A stretch of DNA of 62,523 nucleotides, filler included, from Chiloscyllium plagiosum (GCF_004010195.1; 4 parts of one record of this genome joined end to end with filler, not necessarily neighbours in it); one strand, 5' to 3'. Shown: positions 12,430 through 25,896, numbered from the whole stretch's first letter. The notes: generated by a model from the sequence alone, not told the origin. Made by a program: numbers and translations.

Positions 12430-12800
12430 TCACATCGGGTTTTCTGTTTCCCCCTCTTCTTCCTGAGGTTTCTTGCTCAGAAAGAGCAAACAATGAAAAG
12501 GCAGAACCCCTTCCCCCAGGCACAGGTCAACCCAGCTGCTCGAGCTTCCCTGCTCGGTGCCCTCCTGGGGTTTTACACACAACAGGGGGGTGGGGGGGGT
12601 GGGGTCAGGGAGGGTGTCACATCGGGTTTTCTGTCTCCCTCTCTCCTTCCTGAGGTTTCTTGCTCAGAAAGAGCAAACAATGAAAAGGCAGAACTCCTTC
12701 CCCCAGGCACAGGTCAACCCAGCTGCTCGAGCTTCCCTGCTCGGTGCCCTCCTGGGGTTTTACACACAACAGGGGGGTGGGGGGGGGGTCAGGGAGGGTG
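12430..12800. repeat. tandem duplication of a ~187-bp unit (12430-12616, 12617-12800)
   Basis: Near-identical copies differing by a few substitutions and in G-run length. Confidence 0.93.
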
Positions 12801-12920
12801 GCTTATCTTTACTTTCTGGGGATTATCAGGCCATCCTGGAGGATTGGCCACAATTACATTCATCTGAGAAGCTCATAGAACGACAGAACGTTGAGGATTA
12901 GAGATTGACCACTCAGATTT

Positions 12921-13162
12921 AGATAACCCACCCAAACCTCTTTTCCCTCTGACTAATGCACCTAACTGACAATTTAGCGTGGCCAATTCACCCTGACCTG
13001 CACACCTTTGGACTGTGGGAGGAAACCGGAGCACCCGGAGGAAACCCACGCAGACACGGGGAGAACGTGCAAACTCCACACAGACAATTACCCGAGGTTG
13101 GAACCGAACACGGGTCCCTGGTGCTGAGAGGTAACAGTGCGAACCACTGAGCCACCATGCCA
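12921..13162 (-). mobile_element. HE1-like V-SINE
   Basis: Reverse complement of the V-SINE head and core. Confidence 0.85.
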
Positions 13163-13429
13163 CACATACAGTCCCACAGCACTGTAATTAGCTATTAAAT
13201 GAGGGATGAGGAATAAATAGTGGTCCAGTTAGTGACACCAACATCCCATGAACAGATATTTATAAAAAGCAACATGACAATGACCTGATTGGTCTTTGTT
13301 GTGACATTGATTGAAAATAAACATTGATCAGGCGATCTCTCCTGCCCTTTCCAGATACTGCTTCAGGATCTCTCACAAACACCAGACAGACCAAACCAGG
13401 CATAACCTTATTATCTCATCCAAAAAACG

Positions 13430-16400
13430 TTGCACCACCCTCCCTCAGTACTGACCCTGCAACAGCTCCACCCTCCCTCAGAACTGACCCCCCGACAGCA
13501 CCACACTCCCTCAGTACTGACCCTCCGACAGCATCTCACTCCCTCAGTACTGACCCTCCGACAGCACCACACTCCCTCAGTACTGACCCTCCGACAGCAC
13601 CATACTCCCTCAGTACTGACCCTCCGACAGCACCACACTCCCTCAGTACTGACCCTCCGACAGCAAAACACTCCCTCAGTACTGACCCTCCACAGCACCT
13701 CAGTGCTGACCCTCCAACAGCACCACACTCCCTCAATTCTGACCCTCTGACAGCACTACACTCCCTCAGTACTGACCCTCTGACTGCACCACACTCCCTC
13801 AGTACTGACACTCCGACAGCATCATCCACCCTCAGCACTGACCCTCCGACAGCTGCTCAGTACTGACCCTCCAACAGCACCACCCTCCCTCAGTACTGAC
13901 CCTCTGACAGCATCACACTCCCTCAGTACTGACCCTCTGACAGCATCATCCTCCCTCAGTACTGACCCTCCAACAGCACGACACTCCCTCAGTACTGACC
14001 ATCCAACAGCACCACCCCCCCTCAGTACTGACTCTCCGACAGCACCACACTCCCTCAGTACTGACCCTCCAATAGCATCACACTCCCTCAGTACTGTCCC
14101 TCCGATAGCACCGCACTCCCTCAGTACTGACCCTCGGACAGCATTACCCTCCCTCAGTACTGACCTTCCAACAGCACCACACTCCCTCAGTACTGACCCT
14201 CTGACAGCACCACCTTTCCTCAGTACTGACCCTCCGACAGCACCACACTCCCTCATTACTGACCCTCCAACACCATCACCCTCCCTCAGGACTGCCCCTC
14301 CGACAGCACCACACTCCCTCAGTACTGATCCTCCGACAGCCCCTCCCTACCTCAGTACTGTCTCTCCGACAGCACGACACTCCCTCAGTACTGACCCTCC
14401 AACAGCACCACACTCCCTCAGTACTGTCTCTCCGACAGCACCACACTCCCTCAGTACTGACCCTCCGACAGCATCACATTCCCTCAGTACTGACCCTCCG
14501 ACAGCACCTCAGTGCTGACCCTCCAACAGCACCAAATTCCCTCAGTACTGACTCTCCGACAGCACCACACTCCCTCAGTACTGACCCTCCGACACCGTCA
14601 CCCTCCCTCAGTACTGACCCTCCGACAGCATCACCCTTCCTCAGTACTGACCCTCCGGCAGCACCACACTCCCTCAGTACTGACCCTCCGGCAGCACCAC
14701 ACTCCCTCAGTACTGACCCTCCGACAGCATCACCCTCCCTCAGTACTGACCCTCCGACAGCACCACCCTCCTTCTGTATTGACCCTCCGACAGCGCCACC
14801 CTCCCTCAGTACTGAACCTTCGGCAGCACCACACTATCTCTGTATTAACCTTCTTATAGTGCGCCACTCCCTCATTACTGACCCTCTGATAGTGGAGCAC
14901 ACCCTCACCACTGTCGCTCTGACAATGCAGCACTCCCTCAGCACTGACCCAACCACAGCACCACACTGACACAGTACTAACCCTCCAAAAGTGTGGCATT
15001 ACCTGAATAGTGACCCTCTGACAGTGCAGGACTTAAATCAGTACTAACCCTCCGACAGTGTGGACCCCCTTCAGTATTGATCCACTGCCATTGTGACACT
15101 CCCCCAGTACTGATCCTCCAACAGTGCGGCATTCCCACAATACTGACCCTCTGACAGTGTGGTACTCCAGCAATACTGACAGTGCCTCACACCCTCAGTA
15201 CTGACTCTCTGATAGTGCGGTACTCTCTCAGTACTGACCATCAGACAGTGCAGCACTGACCCTCTGGTAGTGCAGCATTCCCTCAGTACTGACCCTCTGA
15301 CAGTGCAGCACTCCCTCAGCACTGACCCTCTGGTAGTGCAGCACTCCCTCAGTACTGACCCTCTGACTGTGCAGCACTCCCACAGTACTGACCCTCTGAC
15401 AGTGCAGCACTCCCTCAGTACTGACCCTCCGACAGTGCAGCACTCCTTCAGTACTGACCCTCTGACAGTGCCTCACTCCCTCAGTACTGACCCTCTGCCA
15501 GTGTAGCACTCCTGAGTACTGACCCTCTGATAGTGCACCACTCCCACAGTACTGACCCACTGACCATATGGAACTCCCTCAGCACTGATCCTCTGACAGT
15601 GCAGCACTTCCACAGTACTGACTCTCTGACAATTCAGCACACCCTCAGTACTGACCCTCTGACAGTGCAGCACACCCTCAGTACTGACCCTCTGATAGTG
15701 CCTCACACCCTCAGTACTGAACCTCTGACAGTGCGGCACACCCTCAGCACTGACCCTCTGGTAGTGCAGCACTCCCTCAGTACTGACCCTCTGACAGTGC
15801 AGCACTCCCTCAGCACTGACCCTCTGCCAGTGTAGCACTCCTGAGTACTGACCCTCTGGTAGTGCACCACTCCCTCAGTACTGACCCACTGACCATGTGG
15901 AACTCCCTCAGCACTGATCCTCTGACAGTGCAGCACTTCCACAGTACTGACTCTCTGACTGTGCAGCACACCCTCAGTACTGACCTTCTGACAGTGCCTC
16001 ACACCCTCAGTACTGACCCTCTGACAGCGCGGTAGTCTCTCAGTACTGACCCTCTGACAGTGCAGGATTCTGGATCAATGGTGCTGGAAGAGCATAGCAA
16101 TTCAGGCAGCATCGAGGAGCTCCTCGATGCTGCCTGAATTGCTGTGCTCTTCCAGCACCATTGATCCAGAATCTGGTTTCCAGCATCTGCAGTCATTGTT
16201 TTTACACTCTGACAGTGCAGCACTGACCCTCTGGTAGTGCAGCACTCCCTCAGTACTGACCCTCTGACAGTGCGGCACTCCCTCAGCCCTCAGTACTGAC
16301 CCTCTGACAGTGCGGCACTCCCTCAGTACTGCTCCTCTGACTGTGCAGCACTCCCTCAGTACTGACCCTCTGACAGTGCAGCACACACTCAGTACTGATC

Positions 16401-19255
16401 CTCTGACTGTGCAGCACTCCCTCGGTACTGACCCTCTGACTGTGCGGCACTCCCTCAGTACTGACCCTCTGACAGTGCAGCAAACCCCCAGTACTGACCC
16501 TCTGACAGTGCAGTACTCCCTCAGTACTGACCCTCTAACAGTGCAGCACTCCCTCAGTACTGACCCTCTAACAGTCAGCATGCACTGAGTACTGACCCTC
16601 TGACACCATTCCCTCAGCAGTCACCTTGCTACAGTGCAGCACCCCCTCAGGACTGACCCTCTCACAGTGCAGCACACCCTCAGCACTGACCCTCTCACAG
16701 TGTGGCACTCCCTCAGTACTGACCCTCCGACAGTGCAGCCTGCCCTTTACACTAACCCTCTGACAGTGCAATCCTCCCTTCGCACTAACCCTCTGACAGT
16801 GCAGCACTCCCTGAACACTGACCCTCTAACAGTTCAGCACGCACTGAATACTGACCCTCTAACAGTTCAGCACTCCCTTCGCACTGACCCTCTAACAGTT
16901 CAGCATGCACTGAATACTGACCCTCTGACACCACTCCCTCAGCACTCCTCCGCTACAGTGCTGCACTCCCTCAGAACTGAACCTCTGACAGTAGTCCTCC
17001 CTTCGAACTAACCCTCTGACAGTGCAGCACTCCCTGAACACTGACCCTCTAACAGTTCAGCACTCACTGAGTACTGACCCTCTGACACCATTCCCTCAGC
17101 ACCTCTCCGCTACAGTGCAGCACCCCCTCAGCACTGACCCTTTGACAGTGTAGCACTCCTGAGTACTGACCCTCTGACCATGTGGAACTCCCTCAGCACT
17201 GATCCTCTGACAGTGCAGCACTTCCACAGCACTGACTCTCCGACAGGACAGCATTTCCTCAGTGCTGACCCTCTGACAGTTCAGCACTCCCTCAGTACTG
17301 ACTCTCTGACAATGCGTCACTCCCTCAGTACTGACCCTCTGACAGTGCAGTGCTCCCTGAGTACTGACCCTCCGACAGTGCGGCACTCCCTCAGTACTGA
17401 CCCTCTGACAGTGCGGCACACCGTCACCACTAACCTCTGACATTGCAGTGCTCCCTGAGCATTGACCCTCTAACAGTTCAGAACGCCCTGAGTATGGACC
17501 CTCTAACAGGTCAGCACTCACTGACCCTCTGACAGCACTCCTTCAGCACTCACCCTGCCACAATGCAACATTCCCTCAGCACTGACCCTCTGACAGTGCA
17601 GTACTCCCTGAGTACTGATCCCCCGACAGGGCTGCACTCCCTCAGCACTGACCCTCTGACAGTGCAGTGCTCCCTGAGTACTGATCCCCCGACAGTGCTG
17701 CATTCCCTCAGCACTGACACTCTGACAATGCAGAATTCCCTCAGCACTGACACTCTGACAATGCAGCATTCCCTCAGTACTGACACTCTGACACTGCAGC
17801 ACTCCCTGAGTACTGACCCTCTAACAGTCAGCGTGCACTGAGTACTGACCCTCTGACACCATTCCCTCAGCAGTCACCTTGCTACAGTGCAGCACCCCTC
17901 AGGACTGACACTCTCACAGTGCAGCACACCCTCAGCATTGATCCTCTCACAGTGTGGCACTCCCTCAGTATTGACCCTCCGACAGTGAAGCACTTCCTCA
18001 GTACTGACCCTTTGACAATGCAGCCCTCCCTTCACACTAACCCTCTGACAGTGCAATCTTCCCTTCGTACTAACCCTCTGACAGTGCAGCACTCCCTGAA
18101 CACTGACCCTCTAACAGCTCAGTACGCACTGAATACTGACCCTCTAACAGTTCAGCACTCCCTTCGCACTGACCCTCTAACAGTTCAGCACTCCCTTCAC
18201 ACTGACCCTCTTACAGTTCAGCACTACCTGAACACTGACCCTCTAACAGTTCAGCACTCCCTGAACACTGACCCTCTAACAGTTCAGCACACACTGAACA
18301 CTGACCCTCTGACACCACTCCCTCAGCACTCCTCTGCTACACTGCAGCACCCCCTCAGCACTGACCCTCTGACAGTGCAGTACTCCCTCAGTACTGACCC
18401 TCTGACAGTGCAGCACACCCTCAGTACTGACCCTCTGACAGTGCAGTACTCCCTCAGTACTGACCCTCTGACAGTGCAGCACACCCTCAGTACTGACCCT
18501 CTGACAGTGCAGTACTCCCTCAGTACTGACCCTCTGACAGTGCAGCACACCCTCAGTACTGACCCTCTGACAGTGCAGTACTCCCTCAGTACTGACCCTC
18601 TGACAGTGCAGCACACCCTCAGTACTGACTCACCTTGCTACAGTGCAGCACCCCCTCAGGACTGACACTCTCACAGTGCAGCACACCCTCAGCACTGATC
18701 CTCTCACAGTGTGGCACTCCCTCAGTACTGACCCTCCGACAGTGCAGCCCGCCCTTTACACTAACCCTCTGACAGTGCAATCCTCCCTTCGCACTAACCC
18801 TCTGACAGTGCAGCACTCCCTGAACACTGACCCTCTAACAGTTCAGTATGCACTGAATACTGACCCTCTAACAGTTCAGCACTTCCTTCGCACTGACCCT
18901 CTAACAGTTCAGCATGCACTGAATACTGACCCTCTGACACCACTCCCTCAGCACTGAACCTCTGACAGTGCAATCTTCCTTCGTACTAACCCTCTGACAG
19001 TGCAGCACTCCCTGAACACTGACCCTCTAACAGCTCAGTACGCACTGAATACTGGCCCTCTAACAGTTCAGCACTCCCTTCACACTGACCCTCTAACAGT
19101 TCAGCACACACTGAATACTGACCCTCTGACACCACTCCCTCAGCACTCCTCTGCTACACTGCAGCACCCCCTCAGCACTGACCCTCTGACAGTGTAGCAA
19201 TCCTGAGTACTGACCCTCTGACAGTACAGCACTCCCTCAGTACTGACCCTCTAAC
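13430..19255. repeat. 33-bp satellite/minisatellite (cagtactgaccctctgacagtgcagcactccct)n
   Basis: About 5.8 kb of tandem 33-mers; source of all the TDPLTVQHSLS and RGSVLREC pseudo-ORFs. Confidence 0.97.
16066..16206 (+). mobile_element. PLE-derived insertion in the satellite containing a 108-nt palindrome
   Basis: Arms 16066-16119 and 16120-16173 with one mismatch, then the tail ccagcatctgcagtcattgtttttac. Confidence 0.8.
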
Positions 19256-19261
19256 AATTTT

Positions 19262-21873
19262 GCCAGAGTGGCGAGGAGTGAAGGAGTGGTGAAGCGAGGG
19301 CTGCCGGGAAGGGTGAGTTTTCCCGCATTAAAAGGGACTTACCTCGGGAGTCAGGACATCCATTTGCTGAGAGGTGCGAGGGAGGAGTGAAGGACTTCTG
19401 GGAAGTCATATATTTGTGTGGTTGCATTATCCGAAACACTACTCGTGTAGTGTCTCCCACCCATCCTCCTCCTCTAACCAAATAAAAAGCTCTGTGCGCC
19501 AGATTGGTGAGGTAACGAGTTTATTTTTTATTCCTTGTTTTTCAACAGTCTCTTTGGAAATTTAGAATAGTGGGAGTGGAGGTTAGGGCAGTTGAATGTT
19601 CCTCCTGCAGAATGTGGGAGGTAAGGGTCACCACTAGTGTCCCTGCTGACTACATCTGCGGGCAGTGCACCCAACTCCAGCTCCTCGAAAACTGCTTTAG
19701 GGAATTGGAGCTGGATGAACTTCGGATCATTCGGGAGGCAGAGGAAGTTATTGAGAGGAGTTACAGGGAGGTAGTCACTCCTCAGGTACAAGAAAAGGCA
19801 GATGGGTTACAGTCAGGGGACGGAAAGGGAATCGGCAGGCAGTGCAAGGACCCCCTGTGGCCATTCCCCTCAACAATAAGTATACCGTTTCGGATACTGT
19901 TGTGGGGGGGGGGGACTTACCAGGGGAAAGCAATGGGGCACAGGGCTCTGGCACAGAGTCTGTCCCTGCTGCTCAGAAGGGAAGGGGGAAGAGGAGCAGA
20001 GCAGTAGTCATTGGGGACTCCATTTGCTGTTCCAGCAATAAAGTTTCAACTTTGATCTCCAGCATCTGCAGACCTCACTTTCTCCGGGACAGATAGGAGG
20101 TTCTGTGGGGACGAGGGAGACCCACGGTTGGTGTGTTGCCTCCCAGGTGCCAAGGTTCGTGATGTCTCTGATCGTGGTTTTGGGATCCTTAAGGGGGAGC
20201 AGCCCCAAGTCGTGGTCCACATACACACTAATGACATAGGTAGGAAGAGAGTTGGGGATTTAAGGCAGAAATTCAGGGAGCTAGGATGGAAGCTTAGAGC
20301 TAGGACGAACAGAGTTGTTGTCTCCGGTTTGTTGCCTGTGCCACGTGCTAGTCAGGTGAGATATAGGGAGAGAGAGGAGTTGAACACGTGGCTACAGGGA
20401 TGGTGCAGGAGGGAGGGTTTTGGATTCTTGGATAATTGGAGTTCTTTCTGGGGTAGGTGGGACCTCTACCAGCAGGATGGTCTTCATCTAAACCAGTGGG
20501 GTACCAATATCCTGGGGGGGACATTCACTAAAGCTATTAAGGTGGATTTAAACTAATCCAGCAGGGGGATGGGAACCAAAATTGTAGTTCGAGTATAGAA
20601 AAGGTTGAGAGTAAAGAGGTCCAAAAATCAAGTTTCAGGGATGCAAGATGGCATGTGCAAGCAAGATGATTCTCGATAGGAGTGAGAGAGACAGGGTAGT
20701 TGTCATGGAACTGGGATCACTACAGTACAAGTACTATAGATGGGTCAGTTTTTGTCCGGTGTGTGCAGGAGGGCTTCCTGACACAGTATGTAGACAGGAC
20801 TACAAGGGGTGAAGCCACGCTAGATTTGGTACTGGGTAACGAGCCCGGCCAAGTGTTAGACTTGGAAGTAGGTGAGCACTTTGGTGATAGCGATCACAAT
20901 TCTGTTATGTTTACTTTAGTGATAGAAAGGGATAGGTGTTTACCACTGGGCAAGAGTTACAGCTAGGGGAAAGGCAATTACGATGCGATTAGGCAAGATT
21001 TAGGAAGCATAGAATGGGGAAGGAAACTGCAGGGGATGGGCACATTAGAAATGTAGAGCTTATTCAAGGAAAAGCTCCTGAGTGTCCTAGATAACTATGT
21101 ACCTGTCAGGCAGGGAGGAAGCTGTAGAGCGCAGGACCATGGCTTACGAAGGAAGTGGAATCTCTGGTCAAGAGGAAGAAGAAGGCTTATGTTAGGATGC
21201 GATGTGAAGCATCAGTTAGGGCGCTTGAGGGTCACAAGGTAGCTAGGAAAGACCTAAAGAGAAAGCTCAGAAGAGCCAGGAGGAGACATGAGAAGTTGTT
21301 GGCGGATAGGATCAGGGTAAACCCTAAGGCTTTCTATAGGTATTTAAGGAGTAAAAGAATGATGAGAGTAAGATTAAGCCAATCAAGGATAGTGGTGGGA
21401 AGTTGTGTGTGAAGTCAGAGGAGATAGGGGAAGCACTAAATGAATATTTTTCGACAGTATTCACTCTAGAAAATGACAATGTTTTTGAGGAGAATACTGA
21501 GATACAGGCTACGAGACTGGGGGTGGGATTGAGGTTTACAAGGAACAGGTATTAGAAATCCTGCAGAGTGTGAAAATAGATAAGTCCCCTGGGCCAGATG
21601 GGATTTATCCTAGGATCCTCTGGGAAGCCAAGGAGGAGATTGCCGAGCCTTAGGCATTGATCTTTAAATCGGCATTATCTACAGGAATAGTGCAGAAGAC
21701 TGGAGGATAGCAAATGTGGTTCCCCTGTTCAAGAAGGGGAGTAGAGACAACCCTGGTAATTACAGACCAGTGAGCGTTACTTCAGTTGTTGGTAAAGTGT
21801 TGGAAAAGGTTATAAGAGATAGGATTTATAATCATCTAGAAAAGAATAATTTGATTAGGGATAGTCAGCACGG
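19262..21873 (+). mobile_element. CR1 LINE 5' part: 5'UTR, ORF1 (zinc finger/leucine zipper plus SGNH esterase) and internally deleted ORF2
   Basis: AVECSSCRMWE..CGQC..LLE..RELEL, VVIGDS, CLPGAKVRDV, VVHI.TND, DGLHLN; then LDLVLGN, SDHN and NYRPVSVTS; frameshifted. Confidence 0.95.
20022..20085 (+). mobile_element. short PLE 3' tail inserted in CR1 ORF1
   Basis: aactttgatctccagcatctgcagacctcactttctcc interrupts the esterase just after GDS. Confidence 0.75.
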
Positions 21874-21973
21874 NNNNNNNNNNNNNNNNNNNNNNNNNNN
21901 NNNNNNNNNNNNNNNNNTTAATTAATTAANNNNNNNNNNNNNNNNNNNNNNNNNNNNNNNNNNNNNNNNNNNN
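21874..21973. other. artificial scaffold linker
   Basis: 44N-TTAATTAATTAA-44N. Confidence 0.95.
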
Positions 21974-22230
21974 TCCCCACCCCCACCCCCTCCCCTCCAC
22001 CCCTTCCTACCAACAACCGGATTCATACTTCCTATTGACCAATCAGGTCGTACCCTCTACCTGTCTTCACCTATCCCCACTTTACCTTCCTGCTTCTGCC
22101 ACCCCCTTTATCTGCAGCTCCCCCACACCCACCCCCAGTCCTGAAGCAGGGTTACACCTGAAACGCTGACTTCTCCACCTCCTGATTCTGCCTGGCTTCC
22201 TGTGTTCTTCCAGCCTCCTGCCTGTCCAGC
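21974..22230 (+). mobile_element. PLE terminal fragment (second family) with a degenerate hammerhead at 22137-22171
   Basis: agtc-CTGAAGC-agggttacacct-GAAA-cgct-gact; stem I agtc/gact. Confidence 0.6.
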
Positions 22231-22419
22231 TTGTTCTGAAAAATCCATGGTATCATGTTCCCTAATTATCAAAGTATCCCATCATGCTACACTCCAGAAT
22301 GTTCTAGTTCACTGAGTGACACTCTGTAGAGTGGTTGCTTTGTAGGTTTGGTACTTCAGAATTCTTACCTTTGCCAGCACAGTGGATCATCAATAGATGA
22401 CATCATTCACTTGTCGCAA

Positions 22420-22455
22420 ATTCCTGAAGAAGGGCTTATGCCCGAAACGTCGATT
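22420..22455 (+). ncRNA. minimal hammerhead ribozyme motif (intact core)
   Basis: CTGAAGA-A-GGGC-TTAT-GCCC-GAAA-C-GTC; predicted cut after 22451. Confidence 0.75.
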
Positions 22456-22548
22456 CTCCTGCTCCTTGGATGCTGCCTGACCTGCTGCGCTTTTCCAGCA
22501 ACACATTTTTCGGCTCTGATCTCCAGCATCTGCAGTCCTCACTTTCTC
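22423..22548 (+). mobile_element. 126-bp PLE-derived insertion with a 13-bp TSD
   Basis: cttgtcgcaaatt at both 22410-22422 and 22549-22561. Confidence 0.85.
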
Positions 22549-23404
22549 CTTGTCGCAAATTATGCAGGATAACATCAAATATGCAGAGGAGTTCTGGTGT
22601 AGTGGGTAGCATCCCTGCCTCTGAGGAAGAATTTCAAGCCCCACTCCAGGACAAACAAATCAACCTGCAACATTGCAATGGGAAGTAAATGGAAGATTTC
22701 TGGTGAGTATGTTGGAGTCTGTATAAATCATTATTTATATCTCTATGTGACAGTGTATGCTACCATAGCTACTCAGAGTCTGTGTGAACTGTAACATCCC
22801 ATCACCCATATAGAATATACATCATAAAAACTGGCCATTTAACATAACTACTCTATACCAGTGTTTAAGCTCCATACCAATCCCCTCCCGTGCTCACCAT
22901 ATACATAATCAGCTATCATATTCTGTTCTCTCTTATGTTTATCTAGTTTCTCTATTGCTAATGGTCTCAACCTTTCAAAATGGAAGCAAGATCCACATTC
23001 TCGTCACTCTCTGGTTGAAAGAGTTTCTCCCAGTTCTTTATTGGATTTAACAGTGACTATTTTACGAAGTCCAGTCTATCCGCCACACATTTTTTTCTCC
23101 ATCCACTGTGAGGGGAGAGAGTGAGACAGAAATCTATAAAGCTGTAACAGGACTAGAAAAGGTAAATGCAGGATTCATGTACCCAATGACCAGGGAGTCG
23201 ATAATCAGGGAGCACAGCTTAAGGATATGGGGGAGCCATTCCGGACCGAGATGAGAAATTTCTTCACCCAGAGCGTGGTTAGCCAGAAAGTGGTGGAGGC
23301 TAAAACATTGAATATTTTCAAGAAAGAGTTCGATATAATTCTTAGAACTCAGGCAATCAAAGACAGTGGGGAGAACACAAGAACAGTGTAGTGAGTTATA
23401 CAGC

Positions 23405-24990
23405 CATAGAGTCAAGCAGCATAGACACAGACCCTTCACTCCAACTAGCCCATGCTGACCAACTTTCCTTAACTACAATAATCCCATTTGACTGCTTGTG
23501 GTCCACACCCCTCCAAACCTTTCCTGTTCAGGCATTTAACCAAATGACACTTTAATGGCATAACTGTATCTACATCTACCACCACCTCCTGCATTTCATT
23601 CCACATACGAACTACCCTATGAGTGAAAAGGTTGCTTCTCACATCCTTTTAAATCTTTCTCCTCTCACCTTAAAAATATGACCCTTAATTGTGAAATCTT
23701 CCACCCTAGGGAAAAGACACCTGCCAATCACCTTCTCCATAACCCTCCTGATTTTATAATCTACTAAAAGGTCATCCCTCAACCTCCTATGTTTCAGGGA
23801 AAAAAGTCCCAGCCTATCCAGCCTCTCCTTGTAATTCAAACCCTCCAGCCCTAGCAACCTTCTGAACCCTCTCCAATTTAATAATATCCTTTCTATAGCA
23901 GGGCGACCAGGACTGTACATGGTACTCTAAAAGTGGCCTCACCAATATCCTTTACAAACTCAACATGACATCCCAACTCCTCTAACTCTGTGGTCTGAGC
24001 AATGAAGGCAAGCATGCTAAATGCCTTCTTAACCACCCTGTCTACCTGTGACAAAACTTTCAATGGACTTTTTGTGTCTGATCCCATAGGTCTCTTTGTT
24101 CAACAACACTATCCAGAAACCTACCACTAACTGTACAAGTCCTACAGTCCCTTAAGTTCATTTTACGAAAATGCAATACCTCACGTTTATCCAAATTAAA
24201 TTTCTATCTGCCACTCCTTGGTCAATTGGGCCATAAGCTCAAGATCCTTTTGCAACTGTCCCTACTGTCTGCTATATCATCAAGTTTGGTGTCATCATCA
24301 AACTTACTAATTATGCCTTATAATTTCTCATCAAAATTGTTTATATAAATGACAAACAACAGTGGACCCAACTCCAATACCTGTGGAACACTGCTGGCCG
24401 TAGGTCTCTAGTCCAAAAACAATCCTCCACCACCATCTTCTATCTCCTGTCCCAAGGTTGTACCCAATCGGTGACCTCCCCCTGAATCCCATGTGATCTA
24501 ACTTTACCATCAATTTACCATCTAGAACCCCATCAAACATTTCACTAAAGTCCATGTTGACAACCCTAACCCTAACTGCTCTGCCTTCATCTACCTTCTT
24601 GGTCACATCCTCAAAGAACACAATCAAGTTTGTGAGACAGGATTTTTCATGCACAAAGCTATGCTGACTATCCCTAATCAGTCCTTGCCTTTCCAAATGC
24701 ATGTAAATCCTGTCCCTCAGAAACCCCCCAACAACTTACCCACCACTGACGTTAGACTTACCAGTCTATAGTTCCCAGGTTTCTCCTTAAAGCTTTTCTT
24801 AAACAGAGGCATAACGTGAGCCACCCTCCAGTCCTCTTACACCTCACCTGTGGCCGTCGATGATGTAAATATCTCCTTAGGTGCTCGGATATTTCTTCCC
24901 TAGCTTCCTGCAACATCCCATGATACACCTGATCAGGTTCCGGAGATTTATCCACCTTTATGTTTCTTAAAACTTCCAGCACCTCCTCTT
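23405..24990 (-). mobile_element. decayed CR1 ORF2 with 3' end
   Basis: KVDKSPEPD, QHSFVHEKSCLTNL, DRVVKKAF and LERLGLFSL-type motifs. Confidence 0.9.
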
Positions 24991-25896
24991 CTGCCAGCCA
25001 TCATCATATTGAATGGCGGAGTGGACTTGAAGGGCCGAATGGCCTACTCCTGCTCCTATTTTTAATGTTTCTTGGTCAGTCATTGAGAGGACTTTAGAGT
25101 CTCTACCATCGCAATTCATAGCTCTCAGCAACAACACCACAACTTGGTCTTTCTGAATCAATGACAATAGACTCAAGTTCCCTTCCCCCAGACATATTAA
25201 TAAATTAATTGTTTTTATTCTCATTTTACAAGAGCTCAATGATTGCGTTGGTCATTTATTTGTGATCCATTTAATATTTCATTGTGTTCATGGGTGGGAT
25301 TTGATCCTATCATCTCTATACGGCTCGGATATTGTACAGATGTTGGAGAGGACTTTGCTTATGGAAAACAGCTGAACAAAAATAAACTGGATTCATGCAT
25401 TGATGTAGGTTGTACAGGATGGAGGTCATATAACGGTGAGCATGTTTTCACATACAAGTACAGTTTTCCCCAAGGCAGCCTTGCGATTTGGTTTAATTTC
25501 CCTTGTCTATTGTTATATCGATAAATTGTGTTCACAAAGATGCAGTTTCATACACTCTCCTCCTTGAAATAACCCACTGAAGTCACTAAAATGAAACACT
25601 TTTATATCCGAGTTCCCAGACTGCTTTCTTTTGTTGCGTATGACAATAGGCTGCTGCCGTTATTTCGGTAGCTATGGAGCAGAGAGACAGGCATTAACAC
25701 ACAAAGATAAAAGGGCTGGCACTTCGTGAAGTGCCTCTCAGCTTCTGAATGTCTCTGAGTGTTTTTCCAGCTAGTTCAGTACTCATTAAAGTTGTGGCCA
25801 CCGTTTCAAGATGGAAAAAGGGGTTCAGTTGGCACACAGCAAGACCTCATGAGCAGGCTTGGGTCACTTAGTTTCTCATTTTTGCTTGGCCATTGG

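Noticed and set aside
13430..19255. CRISPR array or repeat-protein gene
   Set aside because: No unique spacers and no cas genes; the ORFs on both strands arise because the 33-bp unit is a multiple of three.
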